Shown here in pieces: positions 54,918-64,000 of a stretch of DNA of 64,000 nt. The notes under the pieces were generated by a model, which saw only the letters and a program-made list of their open reading frames with translations, was not told where the DNA came from and made no database searches. The translations under genes were made by a program, and so were the position numbers. How positions within the stretch are numbered: the stretch's first letter is position 1; the number at the start of each line of letters is the position of its first letter. The stretch is from Eledone cirrhosa (taxonomy: Eukaryota). The DNA is taken from positions 32,674,001-32,738,000 of the forward strand of contig OZ024741.1 of assembly GCA_964016885.1 (NCBI GenBank). The letters run 5' to 3'.

Positions 54918-55105
54918 AATTGTTTCTACTTTTGGCACAAGGCCAGCAAATTACTCAGTACATTACTGGTACTTTATTTTATCGACCTCGTAAGGATGAA
55001 AGGCAAATGTGACCACGGCGGGATTTGAACTCAGAATAGAAAGGGCCGTAACACTATGCTGGAAAGCATGACGCCCGACCCTCTACTGATACTGCCAATC
55101 CACCG
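54918..55105 (-). mobile_element. Octopus-type SINE
   Basis: Core plus tRNA-like head (B box GAGTTCAAATCC on the minus strand). Confidence 0.85.
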
Positions 55106-55445
55106 TAATAATTTGACGGAACTAGTATAGGTATCACTGCTAGGACCTGTTGCATCTCAGCGTACTCAATAGGTAATGTTAAATAAACTCACAGCATATA
55201 CACACACACACATTCATAAATATATATATACATATTAAGTATAGAAATATACATACATATATACCACCCCAGTTACGTAGATGTTCACATACACACGGAC
55301 AGACTGGACCCCCCGCCCCCCCATACACACATATATATATATATGTATGAGTTGAGGATGTTGTGTGAGAAGCAGGCGAAAGTACAGAATAACAAGACAC
55401 ATTATTTACCCTTAATAAAATGTGTGTAAATGTGTGAATGTGTGA

Positions 55446-55490
<45 letters not shown>

Positions 55491-56639
55491 CGCGTGCATG
55501 TGCTTTCGTGTGATGCGTGTTATACAATTTTGGACACGAGGACATTTTCATCTGGTGTAACATTTTGTTCCCATGTGTTTCATTGTTTCTCAGAGTCCAT
55601 TTGTATGTCGACAACTGCCGACACTTGTGTAATAAGAGAGACTTGTAAGCTGTCCGTGTTTGTGTAACGTTCGAACATCAGCCAGGAGCTGAGAACATGG
55701 CTGTTACGATAGAATATACAGAGATTATACAGCATAACAATGGGACAGATACTGGTGTGCGTGAATATATTTATACCTATCAGTTAGGTGAATCTTCTTT
55801 GGATACTGTCTATATGTTACATGTGTATGCTTGTATGCGTGAGATTTGGTGTGTGAGTGTGTGTTTATGTGTATATGTGTGTGAGGGTGTCTGTGTGTGT
55901 TATAGCCACCCCAAATCAAATAGTAGAGCATTAGTCCATTGGGTGATGCAGCCGGGTTTATTTTTAAACTTATAGTAAATGTGGGTGTTGCTGAGTGTGG
56001 TGTGTTGGGTGTGTTAGACACCTGTTGCTTCCAAAGGAGGAGCTTACTCGCTGCATTAACTTACAACTGGAAAAGTATTTGATAGGCACGTGTACCCGTA
56101 ACTTAAATCTCAGGGAGATACAATGTGATACTGTGTGACAAGGTTGAGTGGACTGAAGCTACGTGAAATATTATGTCATGCTCAAGGAAATAACACGCCA
56201 GCGGGAATCGAACTCACATCATTAATATTGAGAGCTTAATCACTAACGAGTTTCTGTTTAATAAAAATCTATTTACACTTGCTCATAACATGTAAATTCA
56301 GAATTGATGTTAGAGTTTCTTAAACAATGCGCCAGCTTCAGCATTCGAGAATCAGAAGAAGGGAGATAGTTATACAAACTAAACGCACTATTTTCAATAC
56401 GGTTAAGTTGCAAACCCTTACACATGGTCATGAATCTTGAGTAATGACCGAAAGAATACGATCGCAAATACGAGCGGCCGAAATGTGGTTGCTCTGAGGG
56501 TCTTTGGAGTAACGTTACTCGATAGAATACGTAGCACGGGGCTCAGAACATCACTCCAGGTAGAGCTGCTACTTCTCTGAATTGAGAGATCACAGTTCCG
56601 ATACTTTAGACATATTGTTAAAATGTCTCAGTAAATAAT

Positions 56640-56896
56640 AGTTGGACAGATTAAATTGGCTAAACCAACTGGCAGGAGACCTAAGGTTTTACCCCGAACA
56701 CCAGAGTTAGATAACATCCATGAGCTTGCCTAGTCTCGCTTCGGGATCCTGCCGGATCTGTTGGAGACCGTTGTTTATGACAAGACCAGCTGGAAGAAGA
56801 GTTAGAGGTCTCTGCCCTCACGAGTCTCTCAGGAATAATTGGGCGAAGAAGAAGAAGAAGAAGAAGAAGAAGAAGAAGAAGAAGAAGAAGAAGAAG

Positions 56897-56926
<30 letters not shown>
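56640..56926 (+). mobile_element. RTE-like LINE 3' end with (AAG)n tail
   Basis: LDNIHELA.SRFGILPDLLETVVYDKTSWK similar to 24066-24300; (AAG)n tail. Confidence 0.55.
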
Positions 56927-56927
<1 letters not shown>

Positions 56928-57826
56928 TTCTTAAACTATACTTACTAGAGGACAATCTCGTCGGAATGTTCTCTTTCCCAGCTGTAGCGACACTAGAGTT
57001 TTATTTACACGTTCTATTCTCAAACTAATATTATATACGTATAAATTCATTTATACAGTTAGCTTTATTCAAGAGAAATTCTCAACCCTTAAGTTTTTAC
57101 AAAGTCTGCAGTTCTGGGGAATGAGAGGAAAACACTTTATCTGAATATCTTTAAATAATTGACCTTCGTTAAGGACACACAAACGCCATATAGTGTGATC
57201 AGACCAGGTGACAGCAGAAAACCCGCGTGGATGCCACAAGATGTCTCCACCGATGCTCAAACACTTCCAGTGATCCACCTCCCTATATTTGTATTTAGTT
57301 TATCGATCCCTAAACAATGAGATGAAAGTTTGATCCCTGTATAATTTTATGTTAGAACAGAGAGAACCGGATCAACTACTGCAAGTCATTTTGATCTACG
57401 TTCTAATTACTCGACCAATCCTCCGGTTATATTAAACCTGTAGTATATAATTTCCCTTACCAATTTATTCATAACCATGATGTGTTGGGATTTATTTTTA
57501 AATAGTGATTGTCCAGCCTGTAGAATAATGTGAATTTATTTACAAGTATAATAAATCGTCTGCTTTTTACATTAGAAGATGTATTCTAGAATATTTCGGC
57601 AGTTGAGAGGTGAACTATGTGATTCCTGACTAGAATAAAAAAAAACGAAACTCGCTGGCCAAGTCCTCAAGCTCAGCGGAGAGGTATGCATGATTTATTC
57701 CCAGGTTATATTTTCACAGCACGACCTAATATATATTTATTAAAAATATTGTTCATGATTTATCTATACACATACACTCTGTCTACATTTATTCATAACC
57801 ACACACAACTGATACTTTAGCCAATG

Positions 57827-58024
<198 letters not shown>

Positions 58025-58095
58025 GTGTGTGTGGGTATATATACATTATATATATATATATATATATATAATGTATATACACACACACACACAGA

Positions 58096-58126
<31 letters not shown>

Positions 58127-58187
58127 ATGTGTATATATATATATATATATGTGTGTGTATGTGTATGTATGTGTGTGTGTCTGTCTG

Positions 58188-58218
<31 letters not shown>

Positions 58219-59191
58219 GTATACATATATGTATATATATATGTGTGTGTGTGTATGTGTGTTTGTATGTGTCTGTGCGTGTATGTATATGTGTGCTTGT
58301 GCGGGTTGATACATGTGTGCGTGCGTGTGTGTATATATTTACATTTTTTTGTATTAATCGTTGTTCTTCTGTTTAAACCAATATGGCTACTTCTTATCAC
58401 TCAATCATCTACAACATACTTTTTCCTTCATCATTTCGTATTTCAACGTCACTCTCTGAATTATTTTGTTGCCTTCATTCCGACGCTTGGTAGGCAACGC
58501 ATTAATTTCCCCGAAAATATTTTACACTATTCTTTTACTTCTTTGAGTTATTGGACTACGAACATACTGGAGCACCGTCCTGAAGTACGTTGAATCTATT
58601 ATATCAACTCCTGTATATCTTTGTAGTCTGGTGCATATTTCGCATATCTCCATTACCCGAACAGCAAGGTTAGCTGTCTAAAATAAGCAACCGAAATACA
58701 CACACCATGACACAGAAGCGTATTTGATACTTTATTCCATAGACCACAGAATATATCGAGATTTAAACCTAGAAGTAAAGTCTTTTATCAGACGATCTAA
58801 CACAACCTATATATAATCAAGTATATAAGAGAAAGATGAATAAATAAATATAACAAAGCTCTGCAAAGATATTATAATCAGGCAAACAATTTACACGGAT
58901 ATTAGACTGAATGTTCAAATACAATTATGCAAAAAATTCTTCAGAAAGTGTAGCGCAAAATGTTTGAGTGAATCCTTCATGAATCATCAAATATAATTTA
59001 TTTTCAATTTCGAAATTCAACACAGTAGGGAATAAAATTCGCTGATTATGACCAGCACATTTCCACAGATAATTATAGTGTACAATCCGGACCACGTTGT
59101 ACATCACATATCTAATACATTCAGTAGCGGAGATATTATTGAGGGAAACTAGGCTTGATCCTAATACAACAGACCCACCCTCAGCCAAATA

Positions 59192-59226
<35 letters not shown>

Positions 59227-59229
59227 ATA

Positions 59230-59749
59230 GTTTACAAACAGCCAAACCGAGCATTGTAATAAATGTTCGGTAAACCGATACATGCATATATATATGTGTG
59301 CATGTATGTATATATATATATACATACTACTGTACGTCTGTATACATATACGTATGTACGTATACATACATACTTACATTTAAGTAAGTACCGTACTAAG
59401 AGTGAGAAATGAAATTTTGTTTCATTCTATTCCATTTATCGTTTTCGGTGTGCCCGGCCTACTGAACTCACTCGATATGCAAATTAGGCTGCTCAGCCGT
59501 TAATATGCATAAGGAAAGTATATACTTTCAGACGTTCAACCATCTGGCAGGAAGGTATACGATGCTGACGATAGCTAATAAGCCTGAAACTAGTACATAG
59601 TTCCTGTGTCAGTGTTGAACAAAAAGGTGACGTGGTTGCCTAAAACACTGTACGGCGTAATTCGGGCTGTTTGTTTGTTTACAAACAAACAATCCGAGCA
59701 TTATAATAAATGTTCGGTAAACCGATACCTGCATATATATATGTGTGCA
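59230..59749 (+). repeat. ~447-bp unit with ~72-bp terminal direct repeat and an HHR (59548-59606)
   Basis: GTTTACAAAC...GGTAAACCGATAC.TGCATATATATATGTGTGCA at 59230 and 59677; caggaa..atg-CTGACGA-tagctaataagcct-GAAA-ctag-TA-cat..ttcctg. Confidence 0.75.
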
Positions 59750-60400
59750 ACGACAACAGTAACAACAACAGCAACAACAACAGTAACAACAACAGTAACA
59801 ACAACAGTAACAACACTAACAACAACAGCAACAACAACAACAGCAACAACAACTGTAACAACAACAGTAACAACAACAATAACAACAACAGTAACAGCAA
59901 CAGTAACAACAACAGTAACAACAACAGTAACAACAACAGTAACAACAATAATAACAACAGCAGTAACAACAACAGTAACAAAAACAGCAATAACAACAGT
60001 AACAACAACAGTAACAACTACAATAACAACAACAATAACAACAACAGTAACAACAACAGCAATAAAAACAATAACAACAACAGTAACAACAACAGCAATA
60101 AAAACAGTAACAAAAACAGTAACAACAATATCAGTAATGGCAACAACAACAACAAAAGCAACAACAACAATATCAGTAATGACAACAACAACAACAAAAG
60201 CAACAACAACAATATCAGTAATGGCAACAACAACAACAACAAAAGCAACAACAACAATATCAGTAATGGCAACAACAACAACAGCAACAACGACAATATC
60301 AGTCATAGCAACAACAACAACAACAAAAGCAACAAAAACAGTATCAGTGACAGTAACAACAACAACAAAAGTATCAGTAATTGTAGCAACAACAACATAA
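59750..60400. repeat. Degenerate (AAC)n-derived minisatellite
   Basis: AACAACAACAGT units grading into ~39-bp AACAACAATATCAGTAATGGC... units. Confidence 0.9.
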
Positions 60401-60419
60401 ACGCAGGGGTCACTATATA

Positions 60420-61950
60420 AACAAAAAGCTTAACACCAAAGTCAATACCACCAGTAGTAGCAGTAGCAGGAACTCCACCACCATCTGGTATGCCAGAACC
60501 AACACGACTACACGAGGAAGACATACCCCTCCTCGACGTGGCACACTCAGACATTGATTGAGACCACGGGAAAGATTAGCAAAATGTCAAGAAGAAACAG
60601 AATAAAACCTCAAAAAATAAAAATAAGAAAGGTTCCTTTCAAAATAACTGTTTCTACTTTAGGCACAAGGCCAGCAAATTACCAGTACATTACTGGTACT
60701 TTATTTTATCGATCCCGTAAGGATGAAAGGCAAAGTTAACCTCGGCGGGATTTGAACTCAGACTATAAAGGGACGTAACTATGCTAGAAAGCATGGCGTC
60801 CAACCCTCTACCGATACTGCCTTCAAAATAAAAGTAAACAAGGAGCTTCACCAACATAGGACAAACAATACTAACACCAACATAGAACTCCTCCCTACCA
60901 TTTAATCCACTATCACTAACCACAACAACAACCCCACACCCACAACTAGTACCAACATACCAGCAGACAGCACAGACACCAACAACATCATCTAAAACAC
61001 TACTACTTCCCTTGTAAAGGTACCCTCAACAGGGTGTGTTGGGATCATGATTCTTTCTTCCATCCGAACAGACTAAGCAATACTTTCTCACCTCTTCTCT
61101 TATTTTTCTTACATGGCCTTATTTAGAATAGATAGTGTGAATGCACGTGGCTTGGGAACCTCATGGAAGGAGGCTGACCTGCTGAACCACATTAGAGAAC
61201 AACAGAATCACAAATTCAAAAAGCTTTAGTTTCCAACATTTAGAGAACAACTACAAAACTATTGAACTACTTACAACACAACACCACCATTAGGCAATAC
61301 GACTTTATCACATTCGCCAAAGTCACACTACTCATAAAAATACACATCATACAAATCACACAAAACACATACTCATTTAAAATCTAAATTCCCCGATTTA
61401 ATTGGAGAGCGAGGGATGCTCTCCAAAGGAATCTATACTGACATTTCAGTGCCAGAGACCAAAACTAACCGAAAGGATGGACATACCTTCCTACGTTCAA
61501 ATGATTCTAAAACCCCTCCCAATTTTTCTTTCTTTTCAACGAAAATTATCTCAACATAGGCAATGTAAAGGCACGTGACCTGGGATCATCTTCGAAGGTA
61601 GGACACCTGCTCAACGACCTCAGGATACAGAACATATATGAGATGGCTATCAGTGTAACCAGAGTTTCCGACACACGAAGCCTCGCATCCATTTTCGGAG
61701 GAGGACAACTGGGACAAGTCATTTGCCTTACAGATCAGTGCATCCGTGATATTATGTGGAAGGTGTCTACAAGCAGCCCTCGAACGTCGCCTCCCTATTG
61801 AGGAATCCTCATTGTCTATTTTTTTTATTGTTACCTTTCTTTTTTCTATTGCCCCCCACACTACCACACTGGCACACACGCTCTATGTTTGAGTCCTGTG
61901 CCGTCCTAACGTTTTATAATGTAAGCCCTTTGTGGTGAATAAAGTACTCA
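60420..61950 (+). mobile_element. Internally deleted third Tx1-like relic, interrupted by a SINE at ~60646-60820
   Basis: 61553-61702 translates NIGNVKARDLGSSSKVGHLLNDLRIQNI..., homologous to the ORF2 N-terminus; 3' end GCCCTTTGTGGTGAATAAAG resembles copies A and B; SINE flanked by a TTCAAAATAA duplication. Confidence 0.6.
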
Positions 61951-61981
61951 TTATTATTATTCACATTATTATTATTCACAT

Positions 61982-62578
61982 GGGCGGTGGATTGGCAGTA
62001 TCGGTAGAGAGTCGAACGCCATGCTTTGCAACATAGAGTTGTGGCTCTTTATGGTCTGAGTTCAAATCCCTCATATGTTAACTTTGCCTTTCATCGTTAC
62101 GGGGTCGATAAAATAAAGTACCAGTAATACACTGGAATAATTGCTGGCCTCGTGCCAAAAGTAGAAACATTTATTATTATTCACATTATTATAACAGATA
62201 GGATAGTGGATTGGCAGAATCCGTAGAGCGATGGACTATAAGCTTTGCCTTCCATCCTTACAGGGTTCATAATATACAGTACAACTAACACACTGGGATC
62301 AATTTACTCGACATTTCCCTCCTACAAAATTGTTGACCTTGTGTCTAAATCAGTAACTTGGGGTGGTGAATTGGCAGTATCAGTAGAGCGTCGGGCAGCA
62401 TGCTTCGAGGCACAGTGTTACGGCCTTTTGCGTTCTGATTTCAAATCCGCCTGAGGTTACCTATGCCTTTCATTCTTATGGGATGGATAAAATAAATTAT
62501 TAGTTATGCACTGGGATCGATCTAATCGACTTTCTCCTCACCTAAAATTATTGGTATTGTGCCTAAATCAGAAACCAT
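61982..62578 (+). mobile_element. Cluster of about 3 Octopus-type SINEs in sense orientation
   Basis: Head GGCGGTGGATTGGCAGTATCGGTAGAG (A box) ... GAGTTCAAATCC (B box); (ATT)n tails. Confidence 0.85.
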
Positions 62579-62725
62579 TATCATCATTATTATTACAGAT
62601 GAAATAGAATTTTTAAAACGGTTGCCGATCACCGATGACAGATAGAATTTTGTTTCTTTTCGCTAACAATTTTGTTTTATCTTTGCTTTTGCAGTTCATT
62701 TAATATATTATTATTATTATTATTA

Positions 62726-62756
<31 letters not shown>

Positions 62757-64000
62757 GTTTTTTTACATTTTTTTATCTTGACAGTTTTAGTTTCAAGAAA
62801 TAATTTTACTCCCTTTGATCTTATCCTTTCCTCTGTAAATGTGATACTAGAACATGTGGAAAGAAATTGAAGGAAAAATAAACATGTTGAGTGACTGCTT
62901 ATTACTGTAAATATTCATAATTCGCAGAATCATTCATATATGAAGTTATTTCATTTCTGGGATTTTTCCCCGGTTATTATGTATATGTATATTTACACTT
63001 CTAGTTTATTAATTTAAATATTGGCGTATTTCTTATGTATGAGAATCAAAATCCAGAATGTTTAACTTTTCTTCATACCTTTCCGGAATAAATATTTCAT
63101 TAAAACCTTCAAATCAAAGCTACGTGCTTAGGAGTACGCTTCTACACCTATGTGATATCATATATCATAGATATTTCAGTGAGTGTGACCCCTTGGGTAA
63201 ATAGAAGTGTCTTCTAACAGAGCTTCGTGTTGACTAGCGCCATGATATTGGAAATGTGTTAGATCGAAGCTGTGTGTAATCTCATCGAAGGTGTTATGTG
63301 GAAGACATGTTCCTAATAGATACCACTCTCTAAAAAACTTTCGAACTTACCTTGACCCCACTCAGAGAATCAATTTCTTCTTTCCAGCCAGCAGACTTGC
63401 AGGCCCTGAAATGTGCTACAGTTTCTACGTAGTAACTAATAAATTGATATAAAACAGTACAAAACACAAGAAACTTACACGGGGTGGAATTCGTCCTCAA
63501 ATTAATGAAATACTTATTAATTGTTGGGCTGTTATAATTGTTTCAGAGTTGGGCACATATTTTGCGGTGTGTGTACCGGCTTTTTAAGATTTTAGTATAA
63601 CTCATGTCAAAAGCTACTTGGTTTTTATATATCACCCAAAATAACGCAAATAGCCGGACTAGACACCACACATCAGTTCAGCTGGCATTCTTGCAAGCTC
63701 TCCAATCCACTGTCTTGGAATTGTATTATATTTTAATGACTCCGAATGAATGGAAAACCTCGGCAATATTTGAACATGGAACGTAGCGATCAGAATTAAA
63801 TGCAACAAAACATTTGAACATACGCACTAACATCAGCTGAAGAAAGCTAAAAAACATAGTCAAACATACACACTAATAAACATACAGTTAGATACATAAG
63901 AGAAAATACTCATGTTATTGTTTCTATTGTTGTGGTTAATTCATGTTGGTCATCACTGATTGTGTTGTTGTTGTGTGAGTGTGTGTGTGTATGAATGCAT

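Noticed and set aside
59606-60420. Mucin-like Thr-rich or Asn-rich ORFs
   Set aside because: AAC-derived repeat open in most frames; no signal peptide or splice context
61982-62070. tRNA gene
   Set aside because: A and B boxes belong to the SINE head; no cloverleaf, and followed by the SINE body

Overview
AT-rich, microsatellite-saturated eukaryotic intergenic or intronic DNA, very likely from an octopod cephalopod (inferred from about 12 copies of an Octopus-type tRNA-derived SINE). No host protein-coding gene can be supported; nearly all short ORFs in the track are translations of (TA)n/(CA)n/(GA)n. Retroelements present: a decayed CR1-group LINE (5.1-7.8 kb); a near full-length Neptune-type Penelope-like element (PLE) with direct and inverted pseudo-LTRs (12.5-18.1 kb); several PLE RT/GIY-YIG fragments; two head-to-tail Tx1/L1-clade LINEs (39.3-52.0 kb, one with intact ORF1 and ORF2); a third, internally deleted Tx1-like relic; and RTE 3' ends. 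There are also two Helitron-like insertions and a tiny Tc1/mariner MITE. The most striking unexplained signal is about 20 type I hammerhead ribozyme (HHR) motifs, complete or partial, from roughly 9-10 unrelated sequence families, found by eye. They show self-complementary stem III, covarying stems and recurrent core variants (U3-A8, U4C). They occur in PLE pLTRs, in ORF-less 450-540 bp tandem units resembling retrozymes, and in small fold-back palindromes inserted in (TA)n tracts. All folds were paired by hand and none is computationally or experimentally verified.
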